From contig CM022671.1 of assembly GCA_012295275.1 (NCBI GenBank), forward strand, positions 14,260,001 through 14,324,000: a DNA stretch of 64,000 nucleotides. The letters run 5' to 3'. Position numbers and translations under genes: made by a program. The notes beneath the pieces are model-generated. The model ran no database searches. It saw nothing but the letters and a program-made list of their open reading frames with translations, and was not told where the DNA came from. Numbering within the stretch: position 1 is the stretch's first letter; every line of letters begins with the position of its first letter. This DNA comes from Chrysomallon squamiferum. Taxonomy: Eukaryota; Animalia; Mollusca. Shown here piece by piece: positions 1 to 14,222 of the stretch.

Positions 1-41
<41 letters not shown>

Positions 42-73
42 TTTATTTATTTATTTATTTATTTATTTATTAA

Positions 74-101
<28 letters not shown>
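1..101. repeat. Compound microsatellite (TAG)n-(ATTT)n-(ATT)n
   Basis: Directly visible tandem TAG, ATTT and ATT units. Confidence 0.95.
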
Positions 102-104
<3 letters not shown>

Positions 105-1258
105 TTTTTTTTTCTTTTTAATGGTTTGTGTTTTCTTATTTACTTTAATCAGCTAATATTATCGTTTTTCATGCAGAAAATTCAGTTTGAAATTTTACTT
201 GCAAACGTAACATTCGTTTTAGTTTACATTTTTTTTAATTATTATTATTTATGTTTTTTTTACTTTGTACTGAATTCTTTAAATTACTCGTGTCCCGGGG
301 AGCTGGGGTGGTGAGAGAAATTCAAAAGGTGTAATGCACCCACGAGTCAAATGTACCCCGAATAAATACGAATACCAACTTCAAATCGGTGTATGTGGTT
401 TCGTACGTGCTGTATATCAAATATATTCAGTTATATGAATATATTCTTAAACATAAACCTGACTAGACATAAAATACTTAGAACTGGTGAATATGCTTTG
501 CAAGTGTTTATGATAATATCTATGAAAAATATATTTTCAGTTTTAATTTCTTTTCTGTAATTTTTGTTTTTTTCTGTGCTACATTGCGCTATAAATGTTG
601 ACATCTGAGAATTTTATTCTCCTTCAGTGGAGAGACTCTTTATATAAATTGCAAATACTGTGCAGGTTTTACATTACAACGATTTCATACAGGAATTTTT
701 TCCGATTTCATAACATTGACTGTTTCTTACACAAAATAAAATGGAGAAAAAATAGTCTGTTAACATTCGACAAACTTAATAGATATCATATATAGGTAAC
801 AAATCAGGTTTTGAAATCTTTTCTTTAAAAAACCCCATTTCATTCAGAATAATTCTAGAAATAGTTGTAACCCATACAGAGTATGCTTCTGTGTGTCTGT
901 ATTGTCTATACATACACACATATATCAGAACTACATTCATAAGATAATAGGGAGGCGAGTATTTAAAAGCGTCTGGAATTTCAAAATTCTTTTATTACTT
1001 TTTGCGAAATTTGTTTAAATTATCTTCAGGTTTTGTTTTGTTTATGAATACCAAAAAAAACAACAAAAAAACATTATAATATGGAGTTTTTAAAAAGTAC
1101 TCTAAAACGACTCTGTGAAAAAGTTTAAAAAGTCTACGAGTGACATTGTGACAAAATCATTGTTCACTTCAGTTCACAAAAAATTATTACTATTGCTTTT
1201 ATTTTTTTTTTTTTTACTAAATCAGATATAAAGACTATTTAAGATAAGCGTGTTTCTG

Positions 1259-1294
<36 letters not shown>

Positions 1295-2207
1295 GGTTAG
1301 ATGTTGTTGGTTTTTATCTAAATTATTAGTTGATTTTTTTCTTTTATATACGTATATATATTTATTTAAGTATATTTTTGTGCGCGTGTGTTCTGTGCAC
1401 GTAATTGTCCTTAATTTGCAAAAGTTGAAACCTTGCAGCGCGAAGGACCAAACATCTGTTAGTTCATTTCTTTAACACCAGTTACCTGAATGTTCATGTC
1501 ACAAGATTTGTAAATGAAGAATTTAATAACGAAATGAGTTTAGAGTCCTACTGAATTTAGTTAAACAAATCTATACTAGATATTTATATTCCAGCTTAAA
1601 GGTCGTTTTTGCTCTTGTTATTGATTGTATATCAGTATACGCGTATCAAACCTTAAACCTGATCTACACGTGTTTTAAAACATTGCGTAACGCTGAATCA
1701 GATTATATTCTTGTTTACTCTGATTGTTTTGAAAGTGATTCAGAATAGATTTGGTTCCTGCAACAAAGATAGTTATTAATTTTTTAATTTTTAATAAATA
1801 TCATTCCAGTCTCATATATATATATACATATAATTTTATGAAAATGTCATTATCGGTGATGCAGAGTTTAATACAGTTTTAAAATTTTAATCGTCTTGAA
1901 TGAGCACATCGTGTGCTTGAAAACGTACGTAACTTCGTAAGCACCGTTTGCTCGTGTTTCTGAAACGAACTGTACTCGATGGTGCAAAAGAAATCTGAGT
2001 GCCACCCATTGTCGCGTCGTAATTTCTGAAATAGTTTTAAATTGGGAATCCATTGTAGAGGCGGTTTTTTCACTTTTTTTCATTCAAGAAAGGTCATTAT
2101 TTAGAGACAGTAAACCAACCCGGCTGACATAATGACGGCGGCGTGTCGGAAAGTGTGCACCTACCACTGTCTACTCTCAGCACTTGCAGCAGCAAATTTA
2201 TGTGTTG

Positions 2208-3520
2208 TGTCAGTGACTTCCTAACACCATTACACACAACGTCTCTGTCAGTGGTTTCCTAACACCATTACAAACAACGTCTCTGTCAGTGACTTCCTAA
2301 CACCATTACAAACAACGTCTCTGTCAGTGACTTCCTAACACCATTACAAACAACGTCTCTGTCAGTGGTTTCCTAACACCATTACAAACTACGTCTCTGT
2401 CAGTGGTTTCCTAACACCATTACAAACTACGTCTCTGTCAGTGGTTTCCTAACACCATTACACACTACGTCTCTGTCAGTGACTTCCTAACACCATTACA
2501 CACTACGTCTCTGTCAGTGACTTCCTAACACCATTACAAACAACGTCTCTGTCAGTGGTTTCCTAACACCATTACAAACTACGTCTCTGTCAGTGGTTTC
2601 CTAACACCATTACACATTACGTCTCTGTCAGTGGTTTCCTAACACCATTACAAACTACGTCTCTGTCAGTGGTTTCATTACACATTACGTCTCTGTCAGT
2701 GGTTTCATTACACATTACGTCTCTGTCAGTGGTTTCATTACACATTACGTCTCTGTCAGTGGTTTCCTAACACCATTACAAACTACGTCTCTGTCAGTGG
2801 TTTCATTACACATTACGTCTCTGTCAGTGGTTTCATTACACATTACGTCTCTGTCAGTGGTTTCATTACACATTACGTCTCTGTCAGTGGTTTCATTACA
2901 CATTACGTCTCTGTCAGTGGTTTCCTAACACCATTACACACTACGTCTCTGTCAGTGGTTTCCTAACACCATTACACACAGTGGTTTCATTACACATTAC
3001 GTCTCTGTCAGTGGTTTCATTACACATTACGTCTCTGTCAGTGGTTTCATTACACATTACGTCTCTGTCAGTGGTTTCATTACACATTACGTCTCTGTCA
3101 GTGGTTTCCTAACACCATTACACACTACGTCTCTGTCAGTGGTTTCCTAACACCATTACACACTACGTCTCTGTCAGTGATTTCATTACACACTACGTCT
3201 CTGTCAGTGATTTCATTACACATTACGTCTCTGTCAGTGATTTCATTACACACTACGTCTCTGTCAGTGATTTCATTACGCACTACGTCTCTGTCAGTGA
3301 TTTCATTACACACTACGTCTCTGTCAGTGATTTCATTACACACTACGTCTCTGTCAGTGGTTTCCTAACACCATTACACACTACGTCTCTGTCAGTGATT
3401 TCATTACACATTACGTCTCTGTCAGTGGTTTCCTAACACCATTACACACTACGTCTCTGTCAGTGGTTTCCTAACACCATTACACACTACGTCTCTGTCG
3501 ACTGCTGCCAAACACCATTC
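2208..3520. repeat. Minisatellite of about 38 units in two lengths: 38 bp (TGTCAGTGGTTTC-CTAACACC-ATTACACACTACGTCTC) and 30 bp (same unit without CTAACACC); intronic to the T-box gene
   Basis: Read unit by unit: 20 long (L) and 18 short (S) units, in the order L12 S3 L S4 L2 S4 L2 S6 L S L2. There is one 12-bp internal deletion near 2978 and a degenerate terminal unit at about 3496. Confidence 0.97.
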
Positions 3521-4925
3521 GCCTTTCTCTCTTATTTTTATATTAGTAAATAAGTTTAAATACTTCAAAATCATTCTGAGCTTTTAACAATAATAATAAT
3601 AATCATAATAATAATAAGAACAACGATTTTTTTTCACACACTCGCTCACACATAACACAACTTAAATGCAACAAAATAATAAAGAAATCTGCAAGAGTCA
3701 CTTTATTTGATAAAACAGGAACATCAGTGTAATTTCACGTATATTAACATAATGTAATTTAATGTACTGCGTGTATCTATGTTTGTCCTTCTTTTCTTCT
3801 TCTTATTTTATATATTCGTTTTCTTTAAAAAGAATAAATAAATAAATATACTAATAAAAATAATTATATATATATATATATATATATAAAAATATCGACA
3901 AAGAGGGCGACAGAAAAAAGAAAGAAATTAAAGTAAAAAGGAAATCTGAAAGTAACTGCTTGTAATTTTCATATTATGAATGATAGGTCTAATTTATAAA
4001 TCAATTCACTCGTCAAAAACAATCAATGAACTTGTCAGTTTCACACTCTGCTTTTTTTGTAATAACAGGCATGCGCAGTGGTTAAATCCGGGCTATTACT
4101 TTCTTTATTTAATACGCTCTCTTTACGATGCACTTTATTGCCGAGAACCCAAATACTACGCAATAAAAACATAACGCGAAAATTAATACAACATTTCATT
4201 TAACTTACTCTTCGAGCTAAAACATCATTTAGTGTTAAGTGGCTATGCGGCGTCAGGTTGCTGGGTTTTTTTTTACGACCACGTTTTCTATGTTAACTCT
4301 TTGCTGTCCTTTCCTCGTAGATAGCAGATGTTTGACTACATCTCAATTTACAAAAGTTTTAGCATCTGTTTCCACGTGTTGCTACATATGTATGCAGTTC
4401 GTTTTTATGTCTTTTTGAAACCAAACTGAAAATAACGAACGAAATATAAATAAATAAAAAAAATAAAATGAAAGGAAGAACATAAGGAAACAGGATGGAC
4501 GTTTGTCAAATGTAAATAAAAAATAATAATAATTAATAATAATAAAAAAAAATTTGTTGACATTCCACAATGAAAAAAAAAAAAAGCACTGGCGTGAATA
4601 TAAAAATCTTTTTGTTTGATATTTTTTAATTGTAGGAAATCATTGAATTAATAAGTGTTTGCGGTGCACCTGTGACATTTGGTTTCTTACCTGTAAAATC
4701 CGGCTGGCGGTTAAGCGGCTGGTGAGTGGACACGTGTTTGAAGTGTTATCATCAATCTGCGCCTCCCGCCAGCCACTTCGCCACGTGGTCCGGCGATAAA
4801 ACAAAACCCGAACAACAAACACATCATTTACTTCATGACGCTTTCAGAGCGACGTTTAGCGTCTTCAACAACATTCATTTTCGATTTCGTTTTTTTTTTT
4901 ATTAACCCCAATATTGATGTCAGTA

Positions 4926-5037
4926 TGTGTCTGTGTGTGTGTGTATGTGTGTGTGTGTGGTGTGAGTATGTGCGCGTGTGTCTGTGGATGTATGTGTGTT
5001 TGAGGTGTGCGTCTGTATGTGTGTGTGTGTGTGTGTG
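4926..5037. repeat. Imperfect (TG)n microsatellite
   Basis: Visible TG repeats with interruptions. Confidence 0.9.
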
Positions 5038-6220
5038 AATAAATAGCATTACCAACAGAGCCCTCACTTCATTTCCACTGATCTTCACAACATTTGCTAT
5101 TATTACTATTATTATTTGTTAATTATTTTGCATGTTACTAAACACATAATAAAACAAACACAAAACAGAGCAGTTTATTGCAGTGTTACCAGACACACTA
5201 TAACGAACGACGACTAAGAAAACATTGTACAGAAAACAGCGTTAAATCTGCTATTAGCTGTATCAGTTTACCACGTTTGCGTTGACGCTGAAATGTTGAT
5301 TTCCTTTCAATGTCGAACCGAAACAGCTTTTCACTTTTCCCGATACGACAACAAACAGGTTTATGGCGATTATCAGGAAAGGTAAATGAATTTTAGAAAC
5401 TTGAGAAATAACAGTAAAATTAAGTTTTTGGAGGAAATTACCAAGCGTAATTTAAATAGGCCAGATTAAAGTAAAATAAAAGAAATACAATAAAGAAGCC
5501 AACAAAAGAATAATAACAGCGATCGAAAAATGACGAAGATGATGATGATGATGATGAAGAAATGCGGTCTACTTATTATACTCCATCATTTATTTATTTA
5601 TTTATATTATTTATTTACGACTGCTACTTTTGATAATTGAAACATATTTCATTTATAATGACTTTTTGTCTGTTTCTGCCGTTGTCACTGCGGGTGCGGT
5701 ACCTGTTACCTGCTGAAGATGTCGCTGTCTGAAGCACACCTGTTGGTGACGCCTCCGTCTCGCACCACGTCTAAATGATGGCTGTAATCGCGCGACCGAC
5801 CGGCTGTCGCGTTTCGCTCACTCGTCCACAACCGCGCAGATAACGGATGTAACTCGCACGCTGTTTGGTATCAACAATGCGTGATGACTCTCTTCGTCAC
5901 GCAGAAAGGGCCTGATTTCAGCGCGCACGTGACACACAATAAATGGTTGACTCGCCGAACTGAAGAAAAAAAATGCCCCCTTTTCGTTTTCATTGTTTGG
6001 TTTTGAACAGAAGCTTTTGAGTTAATGTCATTGCTTTTGTTTTTACCCGAAGCTCTGAATTAATGTCATGAATTTTGCAAGAAGCATGTGTGTTAATTAA
6101 TGCGTTTAGTTTAATTCAGTGCTATGGTATTCGGATTGGTCTGAGTTGAAATGGTTTATTTATATTTAATGTTGATTTATCTACTATTTTACTGCTACTG
6201 CTAATAATAATTATATCATG

Positions 6221-6268
<48 letters not shown>

Positions 6269-7595
6269 ACAGTTTTCAAATAAACAGTGGTCACATACAC
6301 GGTCGAGTCATACAAAATGTTGTTATAAATAATGTGTATTACTGTAATATATTACACGGTGTAAAAACACGGAGTAACAGATTGCTCTTTTATTTTTATT
6401 TTCTCTTCTGTGTTTTAATTATTAGCTTTTTTTTCATCTCTGACGAAACGTTATGAATCTTTTAAAATCTTCTCAATTAGATTTAAAATAAAAAGTAAAG
6501 TAAAATAAAATAAAATAAATTAAAATAAATTATAATAATAATAACAATATTAATAATAACAATAATAATAATTGTAAAATATAATAAAAAACAGAAAGAA
6601 AACAAGAAGAAAATAAGCGTGATTTGGAAAACATGTCACTTTGTTGTTGCTGTTGTTACATATTGCTTTGAAACTGCCATATGTATGCTTGATCTCTCAA
6701 GCGAATACGTTACTGTTTGTTACAGAAACTAATACACTTCAACATGAACGTGAACTTTACAGTGTTCATTTGATAATACGGCCATCTGTCTTACAGGTGC
6801 ACAGAAAGATTCAAACATGCACGCACGCACATTCATACAAACATGTTCATATATATATGTATAAATTGTCATTTTTCGGATTGTCGTACATTATAATTAT
6901 TTTTGTTTGAATTAAAAAATAAAAGAATATATATACATATTCTTCTTATTATTCTGTACTTGTACAATTTACGACCAAATAAGATATATAATGAAGTCGA
7001 CTAGGAACAATATTTTTTTTTAATTTTTTTTTTTTTTTTTAATTTTTTAAATATATATATATTTTTTTAATATATATTTTGATACGTGTTCGTTTTTATC
7101 CATACAATTATTTCTCGTTTCCTGCTTATCATATGCTACAATTTAATGAGCTTAAAGGCAAGTGCGACAGATTTCACGGAAAGATGGTTAGATAAAATGA
7201 AATCTGTTGCATAAAGCACGTTAGGAAATAGTCCTAAATCTACACAGACTGGTGTGACGCCTTTTAACACCCGGAACTATCCGTCACCAGCTGTCCAGCC
7301 ACAGAAAATAAAAACTAAACTGTATTATCTTAATCAAACCATTAGTGATATTTTATCTTAAAATATTAGTTTAATTCATACGAGTAACGTAATTTGTTTT
7401 GTTTTTTAATTTATTATTATTTATTTTTTCTTTCTTAAATAAAACATTAATTCGATTCGACTATATAAAAAAAAAAAACCAGAAATTATGATTTTATTAT
7501 TTTTAAACGATACATTATTTTCATTTGACTTAATAGCATAAAAAATAGCTTATTAAAAGTAAAATAACTATGTAGAAATGTTATTTAATAATATT

Positions 7596-7598
<3 letters not shown>

Positions 7599-7671
<73 letters not shown>
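7599..7671. repeat. (TC)n microsatellite
   Basis: Perfect TC run of about 36 units. Confidence 0.97.
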
Positions 7672-7673
<2 letters not shown>

Positions 7674-7912
7674 TTGGCTTATATTTTTATATTAAAAATC
7701 TAGTTATTTAGATACGTGTGTGCGTACGTGTGGGCGGTGTGTGTGTGAGTCGAACTGAAGTTATTTTTGTTTGTTTTGATATGCACGAGTAAAAGTATGT
7801 GTAAAAGTATTACATTTACAATAAATTAGTATATAAATATGAAAATTCAATGGGCTAATTTTGGTAGTGTTGGGTGAAGGAAGTTAATACTTTTTGCATT
7901 GTTTTCTTGTAG

Positions 7913-10900
7913 ACGAATGTTTCCTACTATCAAGTGTAGTATGGACGGATTGGATCCTCACGCTAAATACATTCTGCTGGTAGACATTGTTCCTGTTGAC
8001 GACTGCAGATACAAGTATCACAACTCTGAGTGGGTCGTCACCGGAAAAGCCGAACCGCACATGCCCGGACGTCTCTATATCCACCCCGACTCACCAGCTT
8101 CCGGTTCACACTGGATGAAGCAGCCGACAACCTTTCACAAACTAAAACTGACCAACAACAACCTTGATCAAAATGGACATGTAAGTATACTGAATTTCTC
8201 ATTATTATGTCGTGTTTAAAAATAATTAATTCATGTCTATTTTATTTTTTATTTATTTTTGTTTTCTGCGCCGCAAAACTTTTTGTGTTTTTTTTCTTTT
8301 TTTTTTTCTGTTCGCCCTTTAATTTTATATTTTATATTTTTATAATTTTCGTTTTAAAAATTAAACAAAAGCTTCTCTGTTGTAATTTAACGACATCCTG
8401 TAATGCCATATGTGCAAGGAATATTTGGACTTTAATTCAGCGATATTAAATACACACTGTTGTTCAAGTACTCTGATATAAAAGAGAAAGATGTGACAAA
8501 TTTTATGAATACTGAACTGGGTTTTCCTTCGAGAAGTATGTTCCAGCCACATAATCGATATTTTAAACAATATTTATCCATTCAGTCGTTTGAACATGAA
8601 AATACATTAATTAGTTATAAGAAAACAAAAAAAACAAAAAAAAAAAAAAAAATTGCAAAACGGAAAACAAAAAATATATATGTAAATGATAACTAATAAC
8701 AGATTTAATTAACTATTAACAATTCCATTCCGGTCCAAAAATTGTATGATTCCATTTTCTGTTTTCCTTTTTTTAAGATTGGTTAATTTAGGGATAAGTT
8801 ACACATTTCCGTACATCTATCTATCTGTCTGTCTGACTCTCTGTCTGTATGATTCTTTAGCTATGTATGTATGTATGTATGTGTGTGTGTGTATGTATGA
8901 ATGTATGTATGTATCTATCTATCTATCTAAGTATACATAGAATAGAGAAATTCACTGTTCTGCGAGGTTTGTTCTGACATATTTCACGTCGAGGACACGT
9001 CGTTAATGCGGCGCGCTGCGTTGGCGTGTGAGTGTGTGAAAAATCACGTTTGCTGCTGTAGACTTGGGCGCTGTCCTAATCATCGTCTGACGTGACTCAA
9101 TTCCCCAGGCTTGTCCGCAGAAAAACGCTTAGTCAAGATTTTGCACGAATTCCAAATTCTCACCGCTTAAGTTAGACGAAACGAAGCACAAGTGAGTGAT
9201 GTGGTCTTCTGAACGTAATGAAAATATGTAGAATTAGTAAGCGCCTTGGTCCTGGGAGTCTTGCGAAAACGTCATTAGAATTCACGTTGTTCGCGTGAAC
9301 GAAAAACAGCAATCCCCCGAAAATCTGAGAAAATTCGTCACTGTCAGTTTACCGCGAGCATTATTTTAGTAGTTTTAAAATACGTGACCGTAATAATGAA
9401 ATGATTTATTATTTCACTTCACTAGTATTAAAATACGTAACGATATTATTAAAATATGCGACACAGTATTAAAATGCGTCTTTGCAGTGGTTAAAATATG
9501 TTTTCAGTACTGTTTTATTTCGCTAGTATTAAAATATTTTTAATACTTTTTTTTACTTCACTAGTATTAAAATAAGTGAGAATATTTAAATATGTAATAC
9601 AACGTTAAAATATGTTTAATACCGTTTTACGTCATCAGTATTAAAATTAAGTGATAATATTAAAATATTAAAATGCACATTAATATTGTAATTTAATATT
9701 TTAGTGTTTCATGATATGTTTTAATATTATTTTAATTAGTAGTATTAAAATGTTTAATAATGTTATAAAATAATATTTTAATATTAAATTACTCAATGTT
9801 TTACAACACTAAAATTATTTTAAATTACCTGTTTAAGAGACTTGATTATTATATCAAACTATCCAGCCATTTCAAAATTCAGCTATTAAATGTTTGTTTT
9901 TATTTTTCATTTATTATTTCATATTGATCTTATTTTATTAAATTTTCATTTATCATTATTTTTCTTTTAATTTTGTTTATTGAAATATAAAAAATGATTA
10001 AAATTTCGTTGATGATTAAATTGAAACTATATTGTAAAAGCAAAAACAACAGTTAATGTTATGTTTTAATTTTATTTTATTCTCTTATTTTAAATTAATT
10101 TCTGTTCAGCAAATAAAATAAAATAAAATAAAATAAAATAAAATAAAACAAAAAAATAAAATAAAATAAAATAAAATAAATTTTTAACTTTGCGTAAAGC
10201 ATAAAAATTACAAATTTGGATATTTATAAGTATGATTTTATTTGTTGCTATCCTGATGAATTTATTTTAAAATTAATATTTATTTGTAATTTTTTTTCTT
10301 TAACTTTTGTTTTAAGAAAATTTTGCAAATTTAGAAATACACACTTGCTTTTTACGTATATTTCAGCAGATAAACAATTGCACACACACACTCATATATA
10401 CATATAAACACACACACACACACATACACACTCAAACAACACACACATATTCTTGCAGAAACACATACGTTAATGGATGTAGATATTTTTACACAGATTT
10501 ACTTTAAGTGAACACAAAAACGCACACACACACACACACACAAACACATAAAATTCGAATTAACCAAGCGTTCACACCGAAACATAAAATTCACCTTCGC
10601 TTTCCTTAACATCTTTAACTCTTACCTTTCGTGTATCAAAAAAGAAAGTAAGAAAAAAAAAAAAAAAAAAAAAAAAAGGTGAAGAAGAAAAGAAAATCAT
10701 AAAATTCACACAATTCACACGAGTTACAACTTGAACCATTACAGACGTCAGCACGCACCTGGGGAAATACATCATGATAATGTGGGTACTAGACTGTGCA
10801 TATATTCTGCTACGCGTCTTGGAAGAATAAAAATAATTTGTGCACCTGTCTTCGTTGGGAACAGTTTGCCTTTTACTCATCGACATTGGGACATAAAACA

Positions 10901-11235
10901 AGCTATCTTCCCAGAATCGGATACTTCTCCCTGTCACACAAAGGCAGCCATTTTGCACAGTTTTCTTGCACTGTAGGTAGATCTGGTTATTTCTAATACG
11001 TAAGTGTCATGTCAGTAATTAAAATGGCGGATTGTTAGTGATTTTAATTTTTCAGTCATGACACATTCGACATCGTAAACAATTAAAAAGCAATCAAAAA
11101 CCGAAAAAAAAATGTTTAAATTTTCTTTCGAGGCTTTGATTTAGAGATGAAAAACATTTTTGGAAATGACTGCCCGTAATGGAAACAAATTCTTGAAGAA
11201 TTCTTTCTCGTATTAATTTGGAATGAATAAATCCA

Positions 11236-11280
<45 letters not shown>

Positions 11281-11595
11281 TAATTAACAATGTTTGCGAT
11301 TATTTAAATGCAAATAAATTCGAAGGTGAAAAATGCTGAATGTGTTATAAATAGGTAGTTAACTGAAGAGAAAAACAGGTAATACTTGTAATTACATTTT
11401 GATCGCATTGGTGGGTCAGGTGCATCAGTTTTACTGAATTTTCCATTTTCTGAAGATAACATCTTATTTACAGTTTCCATATACAAACTGGAAATTACCA
11501 CACATTTTGGAGATTTACAAATAAAATAAAAATATAAATAAAATAAAATAAAATAAAAAACAACATCCAAAAACGACAATGACAACGACAATAAT

Positions 11596-11626
<31 letters not shown>

Positions 11627-11658
11627 TAACAATAACAATAACAACAATAATAATAATG

Positions 11659-11695
<37 letters not shown>

Positions 11696-12805
11696 TAAAA
11701 AAAAAATATAAAAACAAATTAAAAAAAGAAAAAAGAAATCAAACACACACAGTACTTTCCTCGCTACTGTGTAATTGTTATGGTCCCGTTAATCAACGCG
11801 TTTATAATATTCTTCACCAGTCCTGTTTTTATTGCTCCGTCATAAACCCGTGCCCTTAAACGACACGGAGTATATAATGGGAGTAACATCCCCCAGGCGA
11901 CGCACCTAATAATTTCGACAAATCCAAATTGATAGAGCGATGTTCCTTTTGTGTGCATTAATTCATTATTCAAACAGTTTCGGCCTCGTATTCGGCGTCC
12001 CTGCGCGCGCGCCGCACGTGGTGCTGTTTTTCGAACAAATCGAGCACATGCTAGTCAAAATGGCCTATGAATTGAAGTAACGGATCCGACAACTCGCGGG
12101 AATTGGCGATCATTTCTCTGTCTTAAACAAATGCTATAACTTTTGAACGAAACGTCATTGTGAACAATTGCTCCGCGTCTCCGAAGCTGCTGATTTCAAT
12201 TAAACGAGGAATAGATGCTTCCAGCTCGCTAATGAATTTCCAAACGCCCTGTTATGGCGCTAAAAGAGAAGGATTTCCCCCCCCCCTCCGGGTTTCATGT
12301 TCATAAAACAATGTTCGCGCCAGCTAATTTCGTTTCAGTAATTCGAACAGCGAAGTTTTGTTGAAATAATGAAAGATGTATTTGTTTTGAATATCAGTTT
12401 CTTTTAATTGCTGTAAATGATTTTAGTTATTTATTTTATTTATTTTTTATTTTATTTTATTTTAACCCCACAAGAAGGTTTTTTTTTTAAAGTTCAGAAA
12501 CTTTAAGTCCCAAGTTTTTACATCTATTTGTTAAAAATTGTGTTTCATTTCAATAAATTATAATATAGTTCAATAAATAAAATACTATAATTTTAATTTA
12601 AATAAGTGAAAAACAGTAAAAATAAAGTAAAATAAAATAAAGTAACATAAATAAATAAATAAATAAAACCATTTACATATTTACTACAAATAAAAGAAAA
12701 TTAACAATACGTGCCTAAAAAAAGTCCTTAAATTAAATATGCTCCAATTAGTTAAAGAAAAAAGAACCTATTTATTTGTTTTTGCTATATCTATCTATCT
12801 ATCTG

Positions 12806-12858
<53 letters not shown>

Positions 12859-14048
12859 ATATATATATATGGGGGAAAAACATGCGGATACTTTATTTGT
12901 TTATTGACGGGTGGGTTTAATGGATTTTATTCGCTTTTTTATTAACGTCACATTATTGCTTCATTTATTTAAATTTTATTTCACGTGCGCCATAATATTT
13001 ATTTATTTATTTAAATTTTATTTCACGTGCGCTGTAATATTTATTCATTTACTGAATTTAATATAATCGCTTTGTTTTAGTGGTTATTTAGTATGATGCA
13101 TCTGTTACTTAGAAGAGACTGGTGTTCTTTCATCTGTCAGATTCAGCTTACAAATGTAAACAAATGATATGATCAGCTGACACAATCATCTGGTGGCTGT
13201 AAACAGTTCAAACACCAGGAGCGAGCTATTCGTTGTTATTTTCTTCAAGCTTTTGTACGTAACACAAATCAGAGACCGGTGCTGGTCTGCGTAACACCGG
13301 TCTATCTGCGCATGTGTGCAACGATGAATGTTGCAAGCGTTAGACCGACACCGTAGTTGCGACACCCTTGACACGGCGGCTTCTTTGACTGGTCGAGCAA
13401 CGGCTTCGATGTGGTTTAACCACGCAATTTGCGCCAATATTGGCGCAGCTCAAACTCAAAGAGCTATTGCTTACGTACGTTGTTGGGATCCCAGAGGAAG
13501 GGAAATAGGTGTAAATGAGTTGAGTCACAACACTGGCAACGTGCAGCGCCCTCTAGGGACCATTGGCATATGCAAACACACAGTGGGACTATTGAGTGCC
13601 GAGCCAAGCTTTGAGAGACACGAGAGTGCTTTCTTTATGTTTGAAAAACAAAACAACTGTCCTCGTTTGGCTGGAAAGTCCGGCTTCAAACACGATTCTA
13701 GAGGGCGGAGCAAACCGCGGTGTCTCGCTACTTTTATCCCCCTCCTCTCTTTATAACGAAATGCACATATTTTATACAGTGAAGGTTTCCCCCTATCACA
13801 GAACTGCCCCTTGTCTTTATATATTGTTTCAGTGTGCGCTGAATTAAACCGAACGAAGTGAATAACATAGGGTTTTTTTCAACTGAATTTATAAATACAT
13901 ATTTTATTTATTTATTTAATTATTTATTTATATTAGGTATTTAAAAATCAGACCTCCCCATCTTTAATTTTAATTTATTTTGGGAAAAAAAATCTTTGAA
14001 TGTTTGTATCAGAGTGCTTAAAAATCATTCCTCCATTTATTTAAATAT

Positions 14049-14087
<39 letters not shown>

Positions 14088-14185
14088 TCATAAATATTTA
14101 CATATTTACAGTCTTCTCCTTTTGGCTGTGACAAGGATTACAACCTGTGTTCTAAGTGTCAAAGTTTATATCATCTATCTATCTA

Positions 14186-14222
<37 letters not shown>

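Noticed and set aside
3125-3368. Repetitive ORFs (CNEITDRDVV)n and (SLHTTSLSVI)n
   Set aside because: By-products of a run of 30-bp units; the frame is broken by every 38-bp unit and there are no splice signals.
2208-3520. CRISPR-like array
   Set aside because: No unique spacers, the units are contiguous tandem copies, the context is a eukaryotic intron, and there are no cas genes.
10572-10996. Overlapping 128/81/66-aa ORFs
   Set aside because: No recognisable domain; one crosses a poly-A tract; they lie within a T-box intron.
13186-13847. Cluster of ORFs up to 142 aa on both strands
   Set aside because: Expected in a GC-rich island; no homology or consistent exon structure.
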